Shown here: piece after piece, positions 54,048 to 64,000 of the stretch
Layout of the letters: every line of letters begins with the position of its first letter
Position numbering within the stretch: position 1 is the stretch's first letter
Assembly: GCA_963779375.1 (NCBI GenBank)
Contig: CAVZXW010000013.1
Span: forward strand, 273 to 64,272
DNA from: an uncultured Chloroflexia bacterium
Lineage (GTDB): Bacteria > Chloroflexota > Limnocylindria > Limnocylindrales > CSP1-4
DNA: 64,000 nt
Direction of reading: 5' to 3'
Position numbers and translations under genes: made by a program
Notes under the pieces: generated by a model
Database searches by the model: none
What the model saw: only the letters and a program-made list of their open reading frames with translations
What the model was told of the DNA's origin: nothing

Positions 54048-55067
54048 TTACGCGCTGATGGCCGAGACGATGATCTCCCGGAGGCGATCGCGCGCGTCGC
54101 CGTGCACCACGCCTGTTGCGTCCAGGGCCGCCATTGCCTCGTCGCGCAGGCGCCGCGCCTCCCGCCGCGTGTAGTCGGCCGCGCCCGTCGCCTCGAGGAT
54201 GGCGCGGAGCCGGCCGACCTCGTCGGCGGTCGGGTCGTCACGGTCGGCGAGCGCCCTCAGCCGATCGCGGTCCTCGTCGGAGGCGTGCTCCAGCGCGTAC
54301 AGCACCGGCAGGGTCTTCTTGTGCTTCGCAAGGTCGGAGGGCTCCTTGCCCGTCACCTGCTCCTGCCCCCAGATGCCGAGCAGGTCGTCGTTCAGCTGGA
54401 ACGCCAGCCCCAGGGCCCACCCGAAGCGGCGGTACGCGTCGACCACCACGTCGTCGTCGGTCGCCAGCATCGCGCCGGCCTCGATGGAGGCGGCGATGAG
54501 CGCCGCCGTCTTCCGGCCGATCATGTCGAAGTAGAGCTCCACCGACATCTCGTCGCCGTGCTCGGCAGCCCAGAGATCGAGGAACTGGCCCTCGCACAGC
54601 GCCAGGCAGGTGTCGTCGTACAGGCGCATGAGGTGCAGGACCTTCGTATCGCTGAATCCCAGGTCCGTCAGCCGGTGCAGCGCGAGCCGCGAGAGCACGA
54701 ACAGCGTGTCGCCGGTGTTGATCGCCTGGCCCACGCCGTACACGGTCCACAGGGCGGCCCGGTGCCGCCGCTCGACGTCGCGATCCTCGATGTCGTCGTG
54801 GACGAGGCTGAAGTTGTGGCCGAGCTCGACCGCCGCCGCGCCGGGCAGGGCGCGCGCGTGGTCGCCCGCGATGGAGGCATACGCGAGCAGGCCGAGGAGC
54901 GGGCGGAGGCGCTTGCCGCTCACGCCGCTCGCCCCGTCCAGGCCGAGGTGGTAGCGGACCATGTCGTAGAGGTCGCGGGTGGCGGGTCCGTCCACCGCGT
55001 CCACGACACGCAGGATCTCGGCCTCGGTGTCGGTGATCATGGCCTGCAGGTCGGCCTGGGTCAGCAC
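54048..55067 (-). CDS. trans-Polyprenyl diphosphate synthase (FPP/GGPP-synthase family)
   Basis: 339-aa intact ORF. First Asp-rich motif LVHDDIEDRD, second FQLNDDLLG, plus GKRLRPLL and KEPSDLAKHKKTLP. Chain length cannot be read from the sequence. Confidence 0.9.
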   Translation of the reverse strand: MLTQADLQAMITDTEAEILRVVDAVDGPATRDLYDMVRYHLGLDGASGVSGKRLRPLLGLLAYASIAGDHARALPGAAAVELGHNFSLVHDDIEDRDVERRHRAALWTVYGVGQAINTGDTLFVLSRLALHRLTDLGFSDTKVLHLMRLYDDTCLALCEGQFLDLWAAEHGDEMSVELYFDMIGRKTAALIAASIEAGAMLATDDDVVVDAYRRFGWALGLAFQLNDDLLGIWGQEQVTGKEPSDLAKHKKTLPVLYALEHASDEDRDRLRALADRDDPTADEVGRLRAILEATGAADYTRREARRLRDEAMAALDATGVVHGDARDRLREIIVSAISA

Positions 55068-55099
55068 GCGACGGATGATACAGGCGCTACGCTTGCCCG

Positions 55100-55864
55100 A
55101 TGCCGATGGGTCGTGTGTACAAGACGAGCGCGATCGTGCTGTCGCGCTTCGACCTGGGCGAGGCCGATCGCGTCCTGACGCTCCTGACCCCCCACGACGG
55201 CAAGCTGAAGGCGATCGCCAAGGGCGTGCGGCGCCCGAAGAGCCGGCTCGGGGGAAGCCTCGAGCCGTTCGCGGAGCTGCATCTCGTGCTTGCCCACGGC
55301 CGCACGTTCGACATCGTCACGCAGGCCACGGTGCAGCACGCGTGGCTCGCGCTGCGGGACCGCCTGGAGTCCACCGCGACCGCCTGGTACCTGTCCGAGC
55401 TGGTGGAGCGCTCGACCGAGGAGCGCGCCCCGGCCCCCCGGCTGTACGAGCTCCTCGGGGCGACCTACGAGCACCTGGACGCGGGCCTGCCGCCCGGCCG
55501 CGTCGCCCGCTGGTTCGAGTTCCGGTTCACCGACGAGCTCGGCCTGCGGCCCGAGGTGGACCGTTGCGTGGAGTGCGACCGGCGGCTCGAGTCGGACGAG
55601 GCGTTCCGCTGGGTGCCGGCGCTGGGCGGTCTGCTGTGCGAGGCGCATCCGGGGCCGAACGCGGAGCGTACCGGTCTGTCGCGCGACGGGCTGCGGCTGC
55701 TCAAGGCGTACCGGCACATGGACCTCGAGACGATCGCCGCCCTGCGGCTGCCGGCCGCGGTCGAGATGGAGGCCGAGCAGGCGATGCGGATGTTCGTGCG
55801 CCACGTGCTCGAGCGCGAGGCCCGCTCGCTCGACTTCCTCGACGAGGTGCGCGCGGGCCACTGA
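55100..55864 (+). CDS. recO: DNA repair protein RecO
   Basis: 254-aa ORF. Motifs: AIVLSRFDLGEADRVLTLLTPHDGKLKAIAKGVRRPKSR and the zinc-site region CVECDRRL...LLCEAH. Confidence 0.88.
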   Translation: MPMGRVYKTSAIVLSRFDLGEADRVLTLLTPHDGKLKAIAKGVRRPKSRLGGSLEPFAELHLVLAHGRTFDIVTQATVQHAWLALRDRLESTATAWYLSELVERSTEERAPAPRLYELLGATYEHLDAGLPPGRVARWFEFRFTDELGLRPEVDRCVECDRRLESDEAFRWVPALGGLLCEAHPGPNAERTGLSRDGLRLLKAYRHMDLETIAALRLPAAVEMEAEQAMRMFVRHVLEREARSLDFLDEVRAGH

Positions 55865-55957
55865 TCCGGTCCCGCGGCCCCCGGTCGTGCAAGAATGGTG
55901 CGGGACCGCCCCGACCGTGCGTGTCCAGCCCGCCCGAAACAGGAGCCACGCACCGCC

Positions 55958-57407
55958 GTGACCGAGACCATCGACCCCAATCGCCCCGCCGAACCGGGCG
56001 CCGGCGAGCCGGCCGGCACGCCCGCCGATCCCGGACCCGCCGTCGCCGCGCTCGAGACGATCGTCTCGCTGTCGAAGCGGCGCGGCTTCGTGTTCCCCAG
56101 TTCCGAGATCTACGGCGGCATCAACGCCGTGTGGGACTACGGCCCGCTGGGGGTCGAGCTCAAGAACAACGTCAAGCGGGCGTGGTGGCGCTCCATGGTG
56201 CAGGAGCGAGACGACATCGTCGGGCTCGATGCGGGGATCCTCATGGCGCCCCAGGTGTGGATCACGTCGGGGCACGTGGCGTCGTTCAGCGACCCGCTCG
56301 TGGAATGCCTGACGTGCCACCAGCGCTTCCGCCTGGACCTGCTGCCCGGCGCGGAGAACCTCACGCAGACGGAGCTCAACGATCCGACGATCGTGGAGCG
56401 GCTGGGGCTCCGCCACGATACCGACAACGGGGTCCTCACGCCGCCTCGCCGGTTCAACCTCATGTTCAAGACGCACATGGGGCCGGTCGAGGAGGACGCG
56501 AACGAGGTCTACCTGCGCCCGGAGACGGCGCAGGGCATCTACGTGAACTTCCGGAACGTCCGCGAGACCAGCCGCAAGAAGGTGCCGTTCGGGATCGCCC
56601 AGATCGGCAAGGCGTTCCGCAACGAGATCAGCCCGGGGAACTTCGTCTTCCGGATGCGCGAGTTCGAGCAGATGGAGATGCAGTACTTCGTCAGGCCGGA
56701 CTCGGCGTCGGCGCAGTTCGAGGCATGGATGCCGCGACGGAAGGCGTGGTACGAGCGGTTCGGCGTAAATCCCGCCAGGCTGCGGTTCCGCGAGCATGCG
56801 CCGGACGAGCTGGCGCACTACGCGAAGAAGGCCGTGGACGTCGAGTACCGCTTCCCGTTCGGTTGGAAGGAGCTCGAGGGGGTCCACAACCGCGGCGACT
56901 GGGACCTCGGCCGCCACCAGGAGGCGACGGGCGAGAACCTCGAGTACTTCGACCAGGCCACCGGCGAGCACTTCGTGCCGTGGATCGTGGAGACGTCGGC
57001 CGGAGCCGACCGGGCGGCATTCACGTTCCTGATCGACGCCTATCGCGAGGAGGAGGTGCGCGGAGAGAAGCGCGTCGTCCTCGGCTTCCACCCGGATCTC
57101 GCGCCGTACAAGGTGGCCGTGCTGCCACTCCTCAAGAAGCGGCCGGAGATCGTCGAGCTCTGTCACCGCATCAGGGACGACCTGAAGCGCGACGTGATGG
57201 CGGTCTACGACGACACGGCCTCGATCGGCAAGCTCTACCGCCGCCAGGACGAGATCGGGACGCCGTACTGCGTGACGGTGGACGTCGACTCGCTCGAGGA
57301 CGGGGCCGTGACGGTGCGTGACCGCGACTCGATGGAGCAGGTGCGCGTGTCGGTCGATCAGCTCCGGGGCTACCTGCTGGACACGGCTCGCGTCCGCCCG
57401 CAACTGA
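55958..57407 (+). CDS. glyQS: Glycine-tRNA ligase, alpha2 (GlyQS) type. The 3' end is uncertain because there is no in-frame stop
   Basis: GTG 55958 lies 12 nt after AGGAG. Motifs: LSKRRGFVFPSSEIYGG, WDYGPLGVELKNN, LRPETAQGIYVNF, FGIAQIGKAFRNEISPGNF.FRMREFEQMEMQYF, IVETSAGADR, VTVRDRDSMEQVRV. The frame stays open to 58747. TGA 57405-57407 is the nearest stop, in the +1 frame. Confidence 0.9.
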
Positions 57408-57916
57408 GCGGCGCCTCGGGCTCGCTTCCGCCGCGCCGAGGGCGTGGGGGGCCGGGCGGAACCACTGCTCCTCCCGGGCAGGCACCTCGGGCCTGGGGAC
57501 GCCGAGGTGCTCCAGGGCAGGCACCCCCAGCCTGTTGTGCGAGAGTCCGCCGCGGCGCACCCGGGAGAAGGCGCGGCCGCAGTCGTGTGCCCGGCCCAGG
57601 GCTGGCGCTCCGGAGGCAGCCATGGACGACGCCGCGTGCTCACGCGTCGGGTGGTCGGAGGCCCGGCGCGGGTCGGCGCGGCGTCACGACCAAGGCCCGC
57701 ACGTGGCGATCTGCCTACCAGGCTCCCGAGTCCTGCGCGGCGACGATCTCGCCCAGCAAGCCGCGTACCAGGTCCCCACGACCTGCCCAGCGGTGGGACA
57801 CGAGAAGGGCACGCCTGGCGTCCGCCCCGTCCTGCGCGCGCCGGCACATCGTCCCACCCCGTGCGCGTACCGTTGACGGCACGTATCCGGAAGCCCGTCG
57901 CACGAGGGACCGCCGA
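57408..57916. other. Unresolved ~510-nt segment between glyQS and the heliorhodopsin gene
   Basis: All frames give Arg/Pro/Gly-rich products. Minus-strand fragments (…LLVSHRWAGRGDLVRGLLGEIVAAQDSGAW, …GRAHDCGRAFSRVRRGGLSHNRLGVPALEHLGVPRPEVPAREEQW…) look vaguely protein-like but are in different frames. No call is possible. Confidence 0.2.
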
Positions 57917-58747
57917 ATGTCCACCTCCGCCGAGACGATCGGCCCGCCATCGGCCGCCGTACCCGTCGTACCCGTCGATCGGGCCGCCGGCCTGTTCCGC
58001 TGGAACGTCGTCCTGTCCGCGCTCCATTTCGTCCAGTTCGCCGCGATCCTTGCGCTGTCGTTCGCCCGCAGCCCGATCGTGACGGCACCCGTCGTGTCGA
58101 GTTACCTGACGTTCGACACGGCCAGTCGGACCCTGGTCCCGGCGCAGCGGGCGATCTTCGACCTGCCCATCGGGCCGGCCGTCGCCCTGTTCCTGCTGAT
58201 CAGCGCCATCGCGCACGCGACGCTCGCGTTCCCGGCGAGGGCGTGGTACCAGCGGCGCCTCGCCCGCGGGCAGAACCCCGCGCGATGGCTGGAGTACGCA
58301 CTCTCGTCGAGCGTCATGATCGTGGTGATCGCGACGCTGAGCGGCATCCAGGAAGTGGGCACGCTCGTGGCCATCTTCGGCGCGAACGCGGCCATGAACC
58401 TGTTCGGCTGGAGCATGGAAGCGGCCAACGAGGGACGGTCGCGGCCACAGTGGCTCCACTACATCTTCGGGTCGATCGTCGGCATCGTTCCGTGGGTCGT
58501 GATCGGGATCGCGCTGCTGACGGCGGCCACCGCACCCGGCTCCGCGCCGATCCCGGGCTTCGTCATCGCGATCTTCGTCTCGCTGTTCCTGTCGTTCAAC
58601 GTGTTCGCGATCACGATGGTCCTGCAGTACCGGCAGATAGGGCGCTGGCGTGACTACCTCTACGGCGAGCGTACCTACATGCTGTTGAGCCTGGTCGCAA
58701 AGTCCCTGCTGGCATGGCAGGTCTTCGCGGGCACGCTCCGTCCGTAG
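57917..58747 (+). CDS. Heliorhodopsin (7-TM retinal protein, inverted-topology rhodopsin family)
   Basis: ATG 57917 lies 7 nt after GAGGGA; the product is 276 aa. Diagnostic blocks are RWLEYALSSSVMIVVIA (counterion Glu), VAIFGANAAMNLFGW, GIVPWVVIG, PGFVIAIFVSLFLSFNVFA and YLYGERTYMLLSLVAKSLLAWQVFAGTL (Schiff-base Lys in SLVAK). The conserved His residues are in SALHFVQ and SAIAHATL. Compared with heliorhodopsin 48C12 from memory. Confidence 0.9.
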   Translation: MSTSAETIGPPSAAVPVVPVDRAAGLFRWNVVLSALHFVQFAAILALSFARSPIVTAPVVSSYLTFDTASRTLVPAQRAIFDLPIGPAVALFLLISAIAHATLAFPARAWYQRRLARGQNPARWLEYALSSSVMIVVIATLSGIQEVGTLVAIFGANAAMNLFGWSMEAANEGRSRPQWLHYIFGSIVGIVPWVVIGIALLTAATAPGSAPIPGFVIAIFVSLFLSFNVFAITMVLQYRQIGRWRDYLYGERTYMLLSLVAKSLLAWQVFAGTLRP

Positions 58748-58799
58748 GGGCGCCGTCGCCGAGTCTCCCCGTGCCGCGAGAGGAAAGGGAGGGGAGATG

Positions 58800-58828
58800 C
58801 CCGGCCGGCTGTGCAGCAGCCGGCCGGG
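58800..58828. terminator. Perfect 12-bp-stem hairpin shared by the convergent heliorhodopsin and nfnB-like genes (bidirectional terminator)
   Basis: cccggccggctg-tgcag-cagccggccggg. It lies 53 nt after the HeR stop and 12 nt after the minus-strand gene's stop at 58841-58843. Confidence 0.65.
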
Positions 58829-58840
58829 CCGGGAACGTCG

Positions 58841-60338
<1,498 letters not shown>

Positions 60339-61182
60339 CGGACGCGCCTCTGCCCGGCAGGCGTCGCGACGCGCCAGCGCGTCCTGCTCGAACGGTCGGT
60401 AGGTGGTCAGGCGGTCCGCGAGCTCGCGGAAGTCGACCAGGTGGCCGTCGAACTCCGGGCCGTCGACGCAGGCGTAACTGCGTCTCGCCGCCGACGCTCA
60501 CGCGGCAGCCGCCGCACATGCCCGTGCCGTCGACCATGATCGAGTTCAGCGAGACGATGGTGTGGACGCCGTACGGCCGGGTCAGCTCGGCCACGGCGCG
60601 CATCATCGGGCACCGGCCCGACCGCGTAGACGACGTCGACGCCGCCCGCGTCCAGCGAGATCCTTCAGCGCCTCGGTCACGAAGCCGTGCCGCCCGTAGC
60701 TGCCGTCGTCGGTGCACGTGACGACCTCGCCGCAGCCGGCGCAGCTCGTCCTCGAGGATCACCCACTCGCGCGAGCGCCCGCCGATGACGCTGGTCACCG
60801 GCACGCCGCGCCGCTGCAGCGCCTGCGCGATCGGGAGGATCACGGCGGTCCCGACGCCGCCGCCGACGCACACCGCGTGGCCGGTCTCGATGAGCTCGGT
60901 CGGGCTGCCGAGCGGTCCGGCGACGTCGCTGGATGGCCTCGCCCGGCTCCAGCTCGACGAGATCGGCCGTGCTCTTCCCGATCGCCTGGATGACGAGCGT
61001 GATCGTGCCGGCCCCGGGTCCGCGTCCGCGATCGTGAGCGGGATGCGCTCCGCGCCGCTCGCGCGACGCACGATCACGAACTGGCCGGGGCGTCTGATCT
61101 CCGCGATCCGCGGGGCGCTGACCCTGAGCCGGGTGACGTTCGGAGAAAGCTGGGCCTTCTCGAGGATCTGGTGCATCGGCAA
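60339..61182 (-). pseudogene. NfnA/SudB/PyrK-like FAD/NAD(P)-binding [2Fe-2S] electron-transfer subunit, with at least 4 frame breaks and no stop before the downstream ATG in this sequence
   Basis: Blocks in order: MPMHQILEKAQLSPNVTRLRVSAPRIAEIRRPGQFVIVR; ERIPLTIADADPG; TITLVIQAIGKSTADLVELEPGE; DVAGPLGSPTELIETGHAVCVGGGVGTAVILPIAQAL; GVPVTSVIGGRSREWVILEDEL; VVTCTDDGSYGRHGFVTEAL; VYAVGPVPMMRAV; IVSLNSIMVDGTGMCGGCRVSVGGE; ACVDGPEFDGHLVDFRELADRL. Confidence 0.8.
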
Positions 61183-61342
61183 TCCTGTGCTGCGGTTCCG
61201 CTAAACCCATAGTGCGGCGCACAGGGTTACCGGGCGACACCACCAGAGTTCGCATAGGGGCAGGCCGAAGGTCACGACGCGTACTGCCCGACAGGGCGGG
61301 TTCCGGACGACAGGGTGCGGGACACGACGGTCCCGACCGGGT

Positions 61343-62196
61343 TCAGCGCTGGCTGACGACCTCCGCCGTCCGCTCCGGGACACGCTCACCGGTCGTGTCC
61401 ACGGAGAGCCCGGCGTCCTTGCCCTTCGGCCAGTACAGCTCCTTCTTGACATGCGGCTCCGGGAGTCCGAGCTCGCGTACCGTCGCGTCCGCCTTGAGGA
61501 TCATCTCCGGGTTCCCGCAGATGTAGACGACGGTGCGCTCGGGGTCGATGGCGCAGTCGTCGCAGAGGTCGCCCAGGATCGACTCGACGCGCCCGCTCCT
61601 GCCCGTCCAGCCCGCGTTCGCCGGATCCGAGGGCCGCGACACCGTGGGGACGTAGCGGAGCGGGTATCCGTCCTGTACGAGGCGCTCGAGCTCCCGGCGG
61701 TACCCCAGCTCGTCGGCGTAGGAGCACGCCGTGCGCGACGATCGTGCGACGCGGTTTCCCGTCCAGCGACGGCGGTGCGGATCATCGACATGAAGGGCGC
61801 GATGCCCGTCCCCGTCGAGATGAAGAGGTGCGTCCGGTCATCGTCCGGCTCCAGCATGAACCGGCCCTTCGGCCCGGTCATGCGCATGCCGTGCCCGATG
61901 GGCAGGCGCCAGAGGAGCGTCGTGAAGCGCAGGATCGGCACCAGGCGCACGTAGAACTCGTAGCCGTCGCGCGCGGTGCGTGGCGACGACGCGACCGAGT
62001 AGGGACGCTGCACGAGCCTGCCGTCCGCGTATACCCCGATGGTGAGGTACTGGCCCGGCTCGAACGGGACGGGATCGCCACGGTAGCGCACCCAGAAGTA
62101 CGCGAGGTCGTCCGTCTCGTTCTCGCGTCGGACGAGCTCCGCGTTGTATTGCTCGGAGCTCAGGTCGATGACGCGTGTGTCCTGCAGCATGGCCAT
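61343..62196 (-). CDS. Ferredoxin-NADP(+) reductase (FAD_binding_6 + NAD_binding_1 type); one frame break near ~61740
   Basis: Motifs: FEPGQYLTIGV, QRPYSVASSP (RxYS), GPKGRF, LFISTGTGIAPFMSMI. After the break: YADELGYRRELERLVQDGYPLRYVPTVSRP...VYICGNPEMI...ELYWPKG. Confidence 0.85.
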
Positions 62197-62337
62197 CCTG
62201 GCGCGACACCTCCCTGGGGTCCGACCTCAACCGTCCGCCTCTCGCCGAATGAGCCCAAGTGTACGTCGCCTGCCCCGACCGGCGCCCCGGAGCGGGCGGC
62301 GCGGCGATGCGCTGTGCGCCGGGTCAATGAGCGGCAA

Positions 62338-62381
62338 GCGCCACGGCCCCGGGTGCCCGGCGCCACGGCCCCGGGTGCCCG
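62338..62381. repeat. Two tandem copies of a 22-bp unit (gcgccacggccccgggtgcccg) immediately downstream of the galK stop
   Basis: 62338-62359 and 62360-62381 are identical. Each unit contains the partial palindrome ggccccgggtgcc. Confidence 0.85.
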
Positions 62382-62385
62382 CCCG

Positions 62386-63618
62386 TCAGATCGCGGGCCG
62401 GGAATCCACGAGGCTGGCGCCGCCGACCGGCTCGACCGTGAAGACCCGCGGTGTCAGTCCGGTCCGTGCCGGATAGTCGCGGAGGACCGCGTCCCGCAGC
62501 CGCTGCTCCGCCCCGCGCTCGACGAGAGCCACCGTACTGCCCCCGAAGCCCGCCCCGGTCATGCGCGACCCGAGCACGCCCGGCGTGCCCATGGCGATCT
62601 CGACCATCACGTCGAGCTCGGGCGAGCTGACCTCGAACAGGTCGCGCAGCGACTCGTGGCTCTCCACCAGGCAGCGCCCGACCATCTCCAGGTCGCCCGT
62701 CTCGAGCGCCACGATGGTCCGCATGACGCGCTCGTCCTCCCGGACGACGTGCTCGCAGCGGCGGTACGCCTCGTCGCCGAGCCGGCCGCGGATCGACTCG
62801 AGCATGGGCGGCGTCACGTCACGGAGCGCATGGATCGCCGGGTCCCCCGCCGCCAGGATCGCCACGGCGGACTCGCACTGGGCGCGTCTCGCGTTGTACT
62901 GGGACGAGCCGAGGCGGCGTGGCGAGCCGGTATCGCACACGACGATCGAGCAGCGGTCCATGGGGAGCGGAACGGGCTGCCATTCGAGCGAACGGCAATC
63001 GAGGAGGATGGCCGCACCCTCGAATCCCAGCGCCACCGCGGCCTGGTCCATCAGCCCGCACTGCACGCCGACGTACCGGTTCTCGGCGTGCTGGCAGATC
63101 CGCGCCAGCGTCAACGGGTCGGCGCCACCGCCGGCCGGCTCGGTGAGCGCCCAGGCCGAGGCGAGCTCCAGGGCCGCCGAGGACGAGAGGCCCGCCGACG
63201 CCGGGATGGTGCTGGCGAGGACGCCGCGGAATTCCCCGTGTCGCGATGCCCGCGTCCCGAAGGCTCCAGGCAGTCCCCGCGACGTAGTCCAACCATCCGC
63301 CCGTGGCGGGTCCGATCGCATCGAGGTCGAACGTGCCGCGCTCGCCCGTCCCGGCAAGCGTGGGCTCCACGCGCGAATTGTCCGAGGGAAGGAGCGCGAT
63401 CCGCAGCTCGAGGTCGATCGCCGCCGGGAGGACGAACCCGTCGTTGTAGTCGGTGTGTTCGCCGATCAGGTTCACCCGCCCCGGGGCTCGCACGACTCTG
63501 ACGGAGCCCGGGTCGCGTGTCGCGCCCGCGGCTCGATCCGGGCGAGGGCGTCGCGCAGGGCGTCCGGATCGGACGGATCGTCGAGCAGGGGACCGTCGCC
63601 CCGCGGCCGGTCGGTCAC
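62386..63618 (-). pseudogene. galK: Galactokinase (GHMP kinase), with at least 3 frame breaks; start position approximate
   Basis: Motifs: APGRVNLIGEHTDYNDGFVLPAAID, IPASAGLSSSAALELA, ENRYVGVQCGLMDQ, MTGAGFGGSTVALV. The stop is at 62386-62388. The candidate GTG at 63616-63618 lies ~43 codons before the GRVNLIGEH box. Confidence 0.85.
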
Positions 63619-64000
63619 CGGGCCGGCCCCGCGTGCGGTGGCTCGGGATCGGGCGGGCGCGGTCCGGACGGGGCGGAGGGCGGACGAGCACCGCTCTGCG
63701 GCGCCGCGCGGCCCATGCCGCGACCCGTGGCCGTCCCGGGGGACGCACCGATCGTCGTGGAGCGGCGTGTGCGGTGCAGGGGGCTGAACTCGGTGGCCAG
63801 GTGCCGGTCCTCCTCGCACTGGGGCGTCGCGAACGCATCCGTCGTGTGCGGCAGGTCCGCTCGTGCCGCCCGGGTAGCGTACGACGGTGGCACGGTGCGC
63901 CGCTGCCATGTCGCGCTGCCCGTGCGGCCGCGGCGGTCCGGCGAGAGGTCCCGCGGACTGTCTCGCCGCGGATCGTAGACTGCGACATCGCCGGGCGGCG

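Noticed and set aside
55061-58459. Very long ORFs antisense to conserved genes. Examples are 55061..58459(-) at 1132 aa, 30573..33431(-) at 952 aa, 38817..41333(-) at 838 aa, 42067..44550(-) at 827 aa, 9963..12257(-), 33656..35788(-), and many + strand off-frame ORFs
   Set aside because: All are Arg/Pro/Gly/Ala-rich with no motifs and lie opposite or out of frame to genes with unmistakable signatures. This is the expected stop-codon depletion artefact of ~70% GC DNA.
55895-58747. A 950-aa GlyRS-heliorhodopsin fusion protein
   Set aside because: The linker has wrong-frame composition, HeR has its own SD and ATG, and a +1-frame stop sits where GlyRS should end. The window also demonstrably contains indel errors. 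A lost stop or frameshift is far more likely.
63619-64000. galT (galactose-1-phosphate uridylyltransferase) upstream of galK on the minus strand
   Set aside because: None of the three minus frames shows the HPH/GalT motifs or any convincing protein-like stretch. The region lies in an error-dense tract, so no call can be supported.

Overview
This 64 kb window is almost entirely very high-GC DNA (about 70% G+C by eye) from a monoderm-type bacterium. Gene order is most like Actinomycetota, but Chloroflexota is not excluded. The exception is the first ~550 nt, which are AT-rich and carry an unrelated partial ORF on the minus strand.

Gene content in order:
- A 5'-truncated, frame-broken rpoC, followed by a terminator and an array of five tandem hairpins.
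- A SorC-regulated triose/sugar cassette: class II aldolase, HAD phosphatase, DhaL and DhaK.
- The complete str-S10-spc-alpha ribosomal superoperon, running from rpsL, rpsG, fusA and tuf through rpsJ to rplQ. It includes secY, adk, map, infA, rpmJ and rpoA.
- truA, rplM and rpsI, then a TPR protein.
- The c-di-AMP/cell-wall precursor module cdaA-cdaR-glmM-glmS.
- acpS, nnrD and alr.
- A four-gene block of poorly characterised genes: a macro domain, a small protein, a GlmL-like ASKHA protein and a barrel/KOW-like protein.
- tsaE-tsaB-rimI-tsaD, rsmA, ispE, ridA, glmU and a CNNM/CorC transporter.
- A repeat-rich 400 nt gap.
- A polyprenyl-diphosphate synthase (minus strand), recO and glyQS.
- An intact heliorhodopsin gene.
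- Convergent with it on the minus strand: an NfnAB/GltD-like oxidoreductase pair, a ferredoxin-NADP reductase and galK.

I found no rRNA, tRNA, CRISPR array, transposase, integrase or recognisable defence system, so the window is overwhelmingly housekeeping.

The items most worth a second look are:
- The heliorhodopsin locus and its redox neighbours.
- The four-gene insertion between alr and tsaE.
- Two unusual non-coding repeat structures: five tandem UUCG hairpins after rpoC, and three direct repeats plus a long inverted repeat after the CNNM gene.
- Clear sequence-integrity problems: a chimeric-looking 5' end, and dense indels in essential genes clustered in three tracts.

All family assignments come from reading motifs by eye. 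No database search was run.
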